Positions 15,286-24,600 of a stretch of 29,410 bases of DNA are shown here, piece after piece. Positions within the stretch are counted from its first letter, which is position 1. Each line of letters starts with the position of its first letter. Origin of the DNA: a virus (Duplodnaviria > Caudoviricetes); the IMG/VR virus record IMGVR_UViG_3300008113_000673, positions 1 to 29,410 of that record. One strand, given 5' to 3'. The notes below the pieces were generated by a model. The model worked only from the letters and a program-made list of their open reading frames with translations. It was not told the origin of the DNA and did no database searches. Both the position numbers and the translations under genes were made by a program.

Positions 15286-15597
15286 TCAGTTAGCCCAAGG
15301 AACGCCGGCAGCTTTAGACGGATGACGCTGTTCGTCGATTTGAGTTTGCAAAGCAGCTTCAATTTCAGCAACTTTTTCGTCGCCGCCAAGGGCTTCCTGT
15401 ACCCAGCCGATCACAGTGGGCTCATCGAGTTGGTTGTACGGGATTAGGTTGTCAGGACGCTGAAATCCCACGCTGCCGTATGCACCAGCAGAGTAGGTGT
15501 CGTCGTTGGCGTTGACGGTGTAGTGGGCGGTAAACACAAAGCCGTCGTCGGTTTCGCGTTCAAGGGTGTTGATACCCCACGTAAAGGTGGTGGCCAT
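15286..15597 (-). CDS. Tail fibre-associated small protein
   Basis: TFTWGINTLER..DGFVFTAHY...VIGWVQEALG...GVPW; directly downstream of fibre gene. Confidence 0.7.
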   Translation of the reverse strand: MATTFTWGINTLERETDDGFVFTAHYTVNANDDTYSAGAYGSVGFQRPDNLIPYNQLDEPTVIGWVQEALGGDEKVAEIEAALQTQIDEQRHPSKAAGVPWAN

Positions 15598-15679
15598 GAT
15601 GAAGAACCAGACTGGTACAGAGTAGGAGGGTTGCAGCCAGTTGGAAAGGGTCGGCTGCCCACCCTAGTGAGTAGGACTA

Positions 15680-16822
15680 CTAGCTCAGGCGATAGGTCAC
15701 AAACGTGTTGGCAGCCGTGCGTCGTGAGGCGAAGCGACCGGAGGCACCAGCTGCAACAGTGGCGCCACCAACGATGGTGTGACCTGTACCAGCACCGATG
15801 GTGCAGAGACCAGAGCCAGTGTTAATCACCGACCATTCAAAGGTCATGTTGGTGTAGATGCCGCTGAAGCCGCCCTCGGTAAGGGTTCCGGTGGGAAGAG
15901 TCAGTGTGGCGGCAGCGCCGGTGTACTGAATGATGCCAGTCTTAAGTTCGGCTACGGTCAGCGTGGCTGCAGCAGACTTCGATGTCGGGGCTGGCTGGTT
16001 GTAGCAAACTACGCCATCATTAGTAATGCGCCATCGTTCGGTAGGACTTGCAGCTCCGTCGGCGGTCGTCGATAGTACGATTCTGCCCGGCATGTCGCTA
16101 GTGCCGGGGGTGCCGTCTACGTTGGCGGTTATAGATACGCTTCGACGCAGTTGAGTTCCGTCACTTCCTTCAAAGAACAAAGCGCCTAAGAAGTCGCCAT
16201 CGTTAACAATTACTTGACTGCCTAGTGATGTTCCACGTGACTTTGCGAAATACATGGCATAGCCGCCACTATCATTTGTCCACCTACCAAAACCTGCATT
16301 TGCAAAGCCGGCTTCGGTTCCCTGATGCTGAAAACCTGGGGTTAATGTAGTTGCCGCAATAGCAGTAGACGTACCAACTAACAACCTGCCGGAGCTGTCG
16401 ATGCGGGCGCGTTCGGTCAGTGCCGATGTGTTTCTGAAAAGAATATTTCCGCTACCGTCATTGTGTATCTGAGATTGAGCTGTCCCGTCAACATAAAAGA
16501 ACAGACCCTGGCTCGAATACGTACCACCGCTGGACGCTCTTAATGCGATTGCTGCGTCGGTTTTGTTAATTGTCAGATCTTTTGTATAAGTATTTCCGCC
16601 GATGGCGATTTGGTTAGTTGCAGCGGTAAAGAAGAATCCGCTTGAGCCACCGAGCTGAACATTCCCACTCGCATCAACAAACAACCGCCCAGTGCCATTA
16701 GTCGAGATGGCTACTTGGTATGCGCCAGGTGAATAAATACCGGTGTTTGTATCACCTGTAAATGTGATTGAAGGTGTTGCAGCCGCACCAGCAGATGCGC
16801 TAATGATGCTGTCGAATGTTGC
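15680..16822 (-). CDS. Tail fibre, C-terminal part (frame continuing from 16711..17583 gene after a frame break)
   Basis: Frame of ORF 15680..16684 stays open up to about 16825, reading ATFDSIISASAGAAATPSITFTGDTNTGIYSPGAYQVAISTNGTGRLFVDASG; ERARIDSSGRLLVGT and DMPGRIVLSTTADG fibre motifs. Confidence 0.75.
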   Translation of the reverse strand, partial: ATFDSIISASAGAAATPSITFTGDTNTGIYSPGAYQVAISTNGTGRLFVDASGNVQLGGSSGFFFTAATNQIAIGGNTYTKDLTINKTDAAIALRASSGGTYSSQGLFFYVDGTAQSQIHNDGSGNILFRNTSALTERARIDSSGRLLVGTSTAIAATTLTPGFQHQGTEAGFANAGFGRWTNDSGGYAMYFAKSRGTSLGSQVIVNDGDFLGALFFEGSDGTQLRRSVSITANVDGTPGTSDMPGRIVLSTTADGAASPTERWRITNDGVVCYNQPAPTSKSAAATLTVAELKTGIIQYTGAAATLTLPTGTLTEGGFSGIYTNMTFEWSVINTGSGLCTIGAGTGHTIVGGATVAAGASGRFASRRTAANTFVTYRLS

Positions 16823-17583
16823 GTGCTAACAGCAATCTCGGCACTGGCGCTGACATCAGCGTCAACAATGGTGCCATTAGCAATCATCGTGCTGGTGACG
16901 GTGCCGGTGTCGCCGGTCGTTACCACCGTACCGCTCACGTTCGGCAGCGTGATTGTGCGGTCTGCAGTCGGGTTTGTAACAGCAAGAGTGGTTTCAAAAC
17001 CATCAGCCGTTGCACCTTCAAAACTCAGACTGCCGGTAGTACCGATTTCAAGGTTGCCGGTAACCGTACCACCACTTAGCGGGACTGCAGCAGCAGCCAA
17101 GTCGTAGGCCGCCTTAACAGCGGTGCTGCTAGCAATCGTGGTTGAGCTGGTGGTGCTAACGCTGTCGCTAACTTTGCTTTGCAGCCCTGCAGGCGTTACA
17201 GCGCGATCAATGTCGGTGCCAGTCTGGGTTTCAGCGTTGGTCGCCAGTTCCAGCAAACCCTGAACAGTGGTACTGCCAATCGGGGTGGCGTTGGTCCAAC
17301 TGCTGCCGTTCCAGATCTTGACGCCGTTAGGGGTCAGCGAGGTATCCAGCCAAACTTCACCAGTGCTATTGCCGCTGCTGCCGCCCGATGCCGGAGATAC
17401 GTTGGGTGCCGTGGCGCCAACATGCACCGGACCGATTTTGATGATCGTTGCACCAGTGCTGTCCTTAAAGAACAGACCGGGACTGGTGCTATTGGTGTTC
17501 ATCGCAATCTGACCATCCGCAATCGCCGTCGTGGGGCGCTTATTGGCGGTGCTGCTACGGATGTGCTTATGCGTTGAAGGCAT
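16711..17583 (-). CDS. Tail fibre, N-terminal part (last ~38 codons appear out of frame)
   Basis: KHIRSSTANKRP..DGQIAMN..PGLFFKD anchor; QGLLELAT..ETQTG..RAVTPAGL; FEGATADGFETTL..PTADRTITLPN fibre motifs. Confidence 0.8.
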   Translation of the reverse strand: MPSTHKHIRSSTANKRPTTAIADGQIAMNTNSTSPGLFFKDSTGATIIKIGPVHVGATAPNVSPASGGSSGNSTGEVWLDTSLTPNGVKIWNGSSWTNATPIGSTTVQGLLELATNAETQTGTDIDRAVTPAGLQSKVSDSVSTTSSTTIASSTAVKAAYDLAAAAVPLSGGTVTGNLEIGTTGSLSFEGATADGFETTLAVTNPTADRTITLPNVSGTVVTTGDTGTVTSTMIANGTIVDADVSASAEIAVSTQHSTASLAHLLVRLQHLQSHLQVIQTPVFIHLAHTK

Positions 17584-17630
17584 TTCCCTTAGCTCCGGGC
17601 GGACGGGATTACCTCAACAGTTTAAGGACG

Positions 17631-17801
17631 TCAGTATTCCCCGTCGTCTAGTACAACATCGTAAGTTTCAAAGACGTACGTGAAGTCGCGCCACGCGGTG
17701 TAATAGTTGGCGCCTTGGATTTTCAGCAGCACATCACCTGGCTGCCCGCCGATCGGTACGTTTTCGGCGCTATAAACAAAATTTTCTGTTCTGTGTGACA
17801 T
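17631..17801 (-). CDS. Small fibre-associated protein, 56 aa
   Basis: Not in ORF track. TGATG coupling; MSHRTENFVYSAENVPIGGQPGDVLLKIQGANYYTAWRDFTYVFETYDVVLDDGEY. Confidence 0.65.
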   Translation of the reverse strand: MSHRTENFVYSAENVPIGGQPGDVLLKIQGANYYTAWRDFTYVFETYDVVLDDGEY

Positions 17802-19855
17802 CAGTAGGTGCCATCGTCAACCACACCGATTGTCATGGCTCCAGTGCTGTTGTCGACAAGCACCTCTGTAGTTTCTAGCACTAGGCCGATTTGGCTAGTC
17901 GTTGCAATCTGGCTGCGACCCCACAGCAGCACCAGTGCATCACGTACATCTGATACACCGGGCATATCCGGCGTGAAATACGTACCGTCGCTAAGAATGT
18001 CGTAATCGTTAAAGGTGCCGCTGGCGCCAGACACCACAGCGATCTTGGTCCAGTTAGCGCCCGTGCCTTGGCTCAGGATCCAGTCGCCAATCGCCAAACT
18101 AACTGCTGGGGCTGGCGTAGTGCCCGTGCCAGCAGTAGTAACGACAAGGTAAACGCCGTTGTTTTGGCTGTTGGGTAATCCAACCGCTTGCCCGATGGTG
18201 AGGCCAGCTTCTGTGCCGTACTCGTTAAGGCTGACAACAAGGTTGGTGCTGGCGTTGTAAGTGCCACCGAAACGCAGGTTGAGCTGTGTCGGGCTGCCGT
18301 AACCAACAAGCAGCCAGTAACCGTTGGGTGTCGGGGCGACGGTACCAACCCAGATATACGCTGAACGGTCCGAGGGGTTCACCCACCACTGACCGGCAAA
18401 TTCAGGTGTTGGGGCTGTCTCGCTGACTTGGGCAATGCCGTAATCGGCTAGCTGCGTTGCGGTAACGCTGTTTGCAGCCAAGAAGCCGCTACCGAATGTG
18501 CCAGTCGTAATCTTGCTGGCATCAAGGTTTGGGATATCGGCGGGCTGCAGCGTGGCGCCGACAGTGGTGTGACCTTGCGCGTCAACTGTGACTTTGGTAT
18601 ATGTACCAGCCGTGACGACGTTGAGGTGGTCGAGTTGACCACTGGCGTTCATCTGCAAACCAGTGCCAACCTTGACGGTGCCGGTTACAGATGCTGTTGC
18701 TTGGGCGATCGAAATGTTGACAGTTTGCCAAGCACTGCCATCCCAGTAGTAGAGAATTTCGTTGTCAGTGTTGATGTAGTACTGACCGGTGAAATCACCG
18801 CTACCCGTCGGAGCACCAGCCTGCGTCAGGACGGTGGAGTTGTTGGCGAGTTTGGCGGCAGTAACAGCATCCGTAGCAATCTTGGTGGTGCTAACAGCAT
18901 CAGAGGCGATTTTTGCCTCTGTTACAGCGGCGTTACTGATCGTCGCCGCAAACGTACCGGTGCCGATGCCGGTTACATCGCCAGTCAGTTGGACTGTTTG
19001 GTCGCCGGTGTTGGTGCCGCTACTGGTGCCGCTAAACGTGGCGCCGTTTGTCCACGTTCCAGTTGCAGTGGAGAGGTTGCCGAGTCCGAGGACAGTGCGT
19101 TGTGCAGCAGCATCAGCCGCGCCAATGACGGCACGACCTGCACTGGTACACGGAATTTCTTCGACGTTGCCGGCGCCAGCACTGCTACGACCAAGAACAA
19201 GGTCAGTTGCGCTGACGTTTTGGATTTTGTCGTAGGTGACTGCACTACTAGCCAATTCACTGGTGCCGACTTCACCAGAGGCGATGGCGTCTGCGGTGAC
19301 AGAGTTAGTAGCAAGCTGATCGGCGGTGATTGCGTCGTCGGCAATCTTGGCGGTCGTTACAGCGTCATTTGCAAGGGCAGCAGTGCCGAGACCAGCGGCG
19401 TCAATTTTGCCCGTGGTGACTGCATTGTCAGCAATCTTGGCGGTGGTAACTGCACCAGTGGCAAGACCAGCCTCGGGCAGCACAACTTGGGCGTAGGACC
19501 CTGCGCTGTAGACCTTGAGGTTGCTGTCGGTGGTATCAAAAAATCCGCGACCTTCAAAGTTATCTGTGCTTGGTGCGACGCTATCGGCAGCAATGCTGCT
19601 GTCGTCTGCCAACTTGGCGGCGGTTACTGCATCGTCAGCAAGAGCAGTGGCACCAAGCTTGGTGGTGCTGGACTGATCCAGTTTTTCGAGGTCGATTGAG
19701 CCCGCGTCAGCAAGCGAAATGCCCGCTTCGGTCAGATCCTTGACCGTTACCTTTTTGGTCTGGCTGGCAGAAATGTCCGCGATAGGCAGAACATCGGTGC
19801 TTGCAACGGACGCCTCGGGTAGCGCCGGTAGCTGGGTAATCCTGGCGTCTGACAA
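17801..19855 (-). CDS. Tail fibre protein with decapeptide AVTxAKIAxx repeats
   Basis: 684 aa, Ala/Thr/Gly-rich; repeats such as DDAVTAAKLA, TGAVTTAKIA, NDAVTTAKIA; GTYTKVTVDAQG motif. Confidence 0.85.
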   Translation of the reverse strand: MSDARITQLPALPEASVASTDVLPIADISASQTKKVTVKDLTEAGISLADAGSIDLEKLDQSSTTKLGATALADDAVTAAKLADDSSIAADSVAPSTDNFEGRGFFDTTDSNLKVYSAGSYAQVVLPEAGLATGAVTTAKIADNAVTTGKIDAAGLGTAALANDAVTTAKIADDAITADQLATNSVTADAIASGEVGTSELASSAVTYDKIQNVSATDLVLGRSSAGAGNVEEIPCTSAGRAVIGAADAAAQRTVLGLGNLSTATGTWTNGATFSGTSSGTNTGDQTVQLTGDVTGIGTGTFAATISNAAVTEAKIASDAVSTTKIATDAVTAAKLANNSTVLTQAGAPTGSGDFTGQYYINTDNEILYYWDGSAWQTVNISIAQATASVTGTVKVGTGLQMNASGQLDHLNVVTAGTYTKVTVDAQGHTTVGATLQPADIPNLDASKITTGTFGSGFLAANSVTATQLADYGIAQVSETAPTPEFAGQWWVNPSDRSAYIWVGTVAPTPNGYWLLVGYGSPTQLNLRFGGTYNASTNLVVSLNEYGTEAGLTIGQAVGLPNSQNNGVYLVVTTAGTGTTPAPAVSLAIGDWILSQGTGANWTKIAVVSGASGTFNDYDILSDGTYFTPDMPGVSDVRDALVLLWGRSQIATTSQIGLVLETTEVLVDNSTGAMTIGVVDDGTY

Positions 19856-19910
19856 GGCTTAGCTCCTTAAACCAGCACATTTATGACCCATCTTAATCGT
19901 GACGCTAGGG

Positions 19911-20780
19911 TCAGTCCTCGGTCTCCTGTAGCAGATAATCCAGATTCTGTTCCAGGCGGATCTTGTCGTCGTTTTCCTGTAACACATACCCCGTAGGTCT
20001 GCCGACCAACAGCCTGATTTCGCCTGCGCTAACAAAGTTGATCGTGCATTCAATCACGGAATCAGTGTTGACCGTGACCCCGGCGCTAGTAACGAGGGCG
20101 CTGATTTCGTAGTAAACATTTTGCAGACTGCTATCTGTTTCGTTATCCGTCAAAAACAACGCGCAGTCAAATGCCGCGCCAAGTTCCACGCGCTGAATTA
20201 ACTGCAGCATCAATAGCGGTGTTTCTTCGACGCCGGTCGACTCATAACTGAACATGCAGTTAATTGTGCCGTTACCGCTAATCAGTCCGGCGGTGTATTG
20301 CTGTTTGAACTTATCAGAAAGAACTGTGGTGTCGATTGCCTCGCGGTCGGTATTTATTTCGTAGCTTGTTACATTGCCTAGTAAGTTAAAATCAACATCC
20401 CTTACTGTTACGCTGATTGCAAGGGGCGCACCAGCAAAATCGGCGAGGGCTAACTCATTGGCTCGTACGTTATTTACGGCATCAGAAAAAGCACGAAAGA
20501 AGCGAAGACCACCGGCTTGGTTGACGTTGACAAACAGGCTGATGCTTTTTTTTATCGTTGTTGCGTCTGGCCATGTCGCTAGCGGAAAGCAAACTAATCC
20601 ACGGGCATCGTTTGTAGAAATATCGACGCGATCGCCTGTCAGCAGGTTTTCCAGTGAACCATCGAATCCCACGCGATTGAGGGTTATGTTTACGTCATCT
20701 GGACTGATCTCAGACGCAAACGTACCTTGCGCATTGCGGCGCAGCTTGACCTTGCCGTACTGACCTAGAAAGACGGTCAT
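19911..20780 (-). CDS. Baseplate / tail-tube-like protein with insertion domain
   Basis: C-terminal half aligns by eye with the 145-aa neighbour and the major tail protein; tail module position. Confidence 0.6.
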   Translation of the reverse strand: MTVFLGQYGKVKLRRNAQGTFASEISPDDVNITLNRVGFDGSLENLLTGDRVDISTNDARGLVCFPLATWPDATTIKKSISLFVNVNQAGGLRFFRAFSDAVNNVRANELALADFAGAPLAISVTVRDVDFNLLGNVTSYEINTDREAIDTTVLSDKFKQQYTAGLISGNGTINCMFSYESTGVEETPLLMLQLIQRVELGAAFDCALFLTDNETDSSLQNVYYEISALVTSAGVTVNTDSVIECTINFVSAGEIRLLVGRPTGYVLQENDDKIRLEQNLDYLLQETED

Positions 20781-21214
20781 ACAATCGTGCCGTTGCTCAG
20801 AAAATCACCATCAACGGTGAATTGAATTGGCACCACGGAAAGTTCGCCCGTGGAAACACTGACTGATGCAGATGTGATGTAGGCTTTAAAACTGATCTCG
20901 TCGTTGGTTGTGCCACCCACATTTAGGGTCAGCAGCACACGGTCACTTTCGGTAATAGCGCCGGTCTTGTGGATCTTGCTTAGTAGGGCGGTGAACTGGG
21001 TGTACGACGTGGATTCGCCGGATTCCAGCCGGTAGTACACAAGGGTTGCACTGCCGCTGGCACCTTTGACGCCGGGGGTAAAAGTATTGCTGACGCTATC
21101 AATCGTGTTGGTGCTAAGCAGTTCGACGGTCGTGTCCAGTGACCAGTCACGGATTTTGGCAACAGGCTTACTGTTGAAAACCAGTGACCCGGTTCGCCCT
21201 GTGTAAAAGCCCAT
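20777..21214 (-). CDS. Tail-tube-fold minor tail protein
   Basis: VAKIRDWSLD..ELLSTNTI..FTPGVKGASGS...AYITSASVSV. Confidence 0.65.
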   Translation of the reverse strand: MGFYTGRTGSLVFNSKPVAKIRDWSLDTTVELLSTNTIDSVSNTFTPGVKGASGSATLVYYRLESGESTSYTQFTALLSKIHKTGAITESDRVLLTLNVGGTTNDEISFKAYITSASVSVSTGELSVVPIQFTVDGDFLSNGTIV

Positions 21215-21246
21215 GATCAGTACCGCCGTAAGGTTATGTTAGCCAA

Positions 21247-21621
21247 CTACAAGACAGCAATCAATTTCACTTGAACCGTGCTGCGTCCGGGATACACGCT
21301 GGTGATTTGTGGTGGTCCGTCGTATCGCCAAGCCGCACCACTCGGAGCATTGATCAGTGAGGCACTGGCGCCCCAGCCGTTGAATACACTGCCCGGAAGC
21401 TCGAAGGTCAAAAACGTGCCTTGGGTTTCGTTGTAGTGCGACATAAAACCGGCAGCGTTGGTGTCGCGGATGTTCTCGAAGGTCAGGTCCAGCGTGGCTT
21501 CCGTACGCAGGTTGCCATAACGGATCCGAATTTCAGCGCCACTCAGGGCTTTGTACTGCTTAATCGGAAAATCGCCGGGGGCAAAGTTCCGGGCAGATGG
21601 CGTCAGATTGGGGAAAGGCAT
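21247..21621 (-). CDS. Distal tail (lambda gpM/Dit-like) protein
   Basis: 124 aa; FPNLTPSAR...SGAEIRIRYG..LDLTFENI...HYNETQGTFLTFELP...WRY..PP. Confidence 0.6.
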   Translation of the reverse strand: MPFPNLTPSARNFAPGDFPIKQYKALSGAEIRIRYGNLRTEATLDLTFENIRDTNAAGFMSHYNETQGTFLTFELPGSVFNGWGASASLINAPSGAAWRYDGPPQITSVYPGRSTVQVKLIAVL

Positions 21622-21623
21622 GG

Positions 21624-24600
21624 CTACAACCCGACGGCGGAGGCAATGGCGTTATACGGGTATTCTGTCGCAGACACTGACACCAAACCTTCCTCGTCCA
21701 GTTCCACCTGCTCCACTAAGTAGGTGCTGGTGACGATATTTTCTTGCGTGATTGAGAAGATACTGTTAAACAACGCTGCGTCTGTGGTGCGCCCTCCGAT
21801 GACGGTCAACGTCCCTGACAGTGTGGTTGAGTTGCCAGAAATAAAGTACGTGATCGGGTACGTGCCATTCGGGAGGTTTTGACCGGTGGTGATTACCCCA
21901 GTTGGTCCGATAGAGCCGTTCGTAAAACGGGAAGCGGCAGTTTGATTTAGCGCCACCGTAATAATTGAGCCGGGTCCGATGGAGGCGTTGTCCATCGTGG
22001 TTTTAAATCTGATCGCGTGAGTTACAAACTTGCGTAGCGCCAGAATATAGTTACCGGCTTTGCGGGCGTGGGATTCCGATGTACAGAACGCCGACATATC
22101 AAAAGACTCCAAAGTGTCTCCTGGACTGCCCAGTACAAATGACTGTTGTTGCGGAAATTCGTTAAGTAAGTTGCGACGCCAAACCATCTCAGCCCGGATG
22201 GGACGGCGCTCGCTGATGTCTAGATATTCCAGCGAGAAAGATCCTTCAATGATGTTGCCTGCAGTGAACATTGCAGCCGATCCACCGCCAGGCAACGCGG
22301 GCAGCAAAGCCAGCTTCCCATTACGCATTACAAAGTTAAGCAGGAAAAACGGAGCGGTACTTGTGATGAAACTGCGGAGGTTTGTTCGGCTTGTAATAGC
22401 GCCGTCGTAGTACAACCCATTGGCATTGCACCACGAATCAGCCTCGTTAAACGAAGCTGTGTCAATCATTTGCGGCGAAATACCTTTAACATTTTGCAGA
22501 AGGTATTGCACCAAGCGTGGGAAACTGTTGCTGTTGGTAGTGCCTGATTTAATCCACAGGCGCAACTGATCAACGCTTGTGATATTGCGGTTTGAGCGTA
22601 GTGCCAGCAAGGCGGTGTTTACGTTTGAGTAGTCGCCAAGGGCAACACCTCCTGTTTGATTGACATAAACGACTTGGTGCTCGGGGCCGGAGTCGCAACT
22701 GTGGGTAACGATGTTGCCGTAGCGACTGACCTCAGCAAATGCGGCGTATGTTTCAAATAAACGCCAGCCGCGATTTTCTGGAGTTAGTGTTTTATTTGCT
22801 GTATTAGTGATTTGAAGACGCATCCGTAGTTCGACGCGGTTGTCTTCGATGCTGGCCGGAAACTTACCGTCTAAATAAAGGGAATCTGTTTTTAGGCGTA
22901 CTTTGATGCCGATTGTTTGCCCGACGTTAAACGCTGAATCCTCGATCGGTCTGGCTTCATAGATTTCTGCAAAGCGAACGCGCCAGCGTAAAGCTACGTT
23001 TGTTCCGGGGTCGGCATCTTGAGCTTCGACACGAAGCAGTAATTTAACAACTCCGCGATCTGTTTTAACTTTAAGATCTGCGGTTTTACGCTGGCTAAGG
23101 TTTAGAGGATCACCGAATAACTCATACATAAATGCGCGTTGCAAACGCTCTTGCTCATCCGTAACATTTATAAGTCTTCCGGTATAGTCTACATTTGTAA
23201 GACTAAATACGCCCATATTGAAGTATGTTGCCCGTGTCGGGATTCTGTAGCTTTCCGATGCGTAGGCATTACCCCAGCCTTTCGTTTGCATCGCCCGTGC
23301 TTCAAACAACGGGTTTAACTCGTCGGAAGTTTCGTTAGCGTAAATCTGTTCGCGTGTTCCACGGAAACTTAAAATACCGTCGTTGACGTACTCGGCATTA
23401 GGGTTAAGCACCAACAGTTCCCGCAGGCCGTCACGTATTGCGGCACTTGAGATCGGCTTTAAGCGGAACTCATATTCAGCATCGGTGCCGTGATTAAGGC
23501 GCAACTGAAAATGCTGATCCGTAGGCGTGCCACCGCGTACAGCCAAGGCACCTCCTACATTGCCCCATGAGGTTTGTCCGACCTTCCGTATTTGCACGCG
23601 GAACATAGAAACACGTGGGAAATACTCGTTGTTATTACCAAGGTTAAATTGAACACCATCGTCGTCATATCCCTGCAGCGTTTCAGGATCTGGCACGCGA
23701 TTGAAGTTAGCTAGACCGTTTATCCGGCCCCATACTTGACTCTTGATGCCAATTTCGGTTACTTGGCAACGACGGTTATTCCTAAATACTGCGGTCGTGG
23801 CGCGACAGATGGAGTAGTAGATAACCCCGTAATTTCTGGTGCTGGGATTTTCGTTATCTGCGATTGCATTGTTTGCCGCAATATCGCTAAGTGGACCGCC
23901 TTTAACTGCTGCTGACAAGTAGATATCCACGTCGCTACCACGTTGCCATAACTGACTAGACCGCCCTGTGACCTTCAGCAGTTGTGTGCCAACAACTAGT
24001 TGTTCTCCGACTTGGAGCACTTCATCTGCTGCAATGCACTCAGCGTCTAGAGCATCGTTAATATCTTCCGTTGTAATTGTTGTACTTTTTTCAAAGTCAC
24101 TCGGTTTGCGTGGTAAGCGTGTGCCACTGATCCGAAAAGTCGTGCCAGTTTGATCTTTGCCGGCAGCGATAACACCAAGGCGCCGAGGGTAGTCACGACC
24201 TACACCGGGCATACCAGCCGACCTGCCGGGTCTACCGCAAACCTTTAGGCGCTGATTTCTAATATCACGCTCGGCTTTTTCGTCGAGATCTTCTGGATAT
24301 GAAATAACTTGCCAGTTGACGCGATAGCCCGTGCAGTTGGCGATTGGGTTGGATACACCAAACTGGGTACTGTTGGATGGTGTCAGGCAGGCAGAAAAGC
24401 CGACGCCGCCTTCGTTGTAACCCGTGATGCGGCTGGCATCGTAGCTAGGGCGAGCGTCCCAGGCAAAAATGTAGTTGTCAGCGTCTTGAACAGAAAGCGC
24501 AGTATTGCCAATAAAAACACCTGAAATGTCTGGCGCAGATAGGCCAGACTCGCTGATCAGGTAAACCAGTTTTGCGGCTTGCTGATTGCCAAGACTGAAG

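Noticed and set aside
18569-19699. 376-aa plus-strand ORF and other long antisense ORFs over fibre, primase and polA genes
   Set aside because: Shadow frames of GC-rich, codon-biased real genes; no recognisable motifs
15680-19855. Diversity-generating retroelement or invertible tail fibre system
   Set aside because: No reverse transcriptase, invertase or TR/VR repeat pair seen in the window
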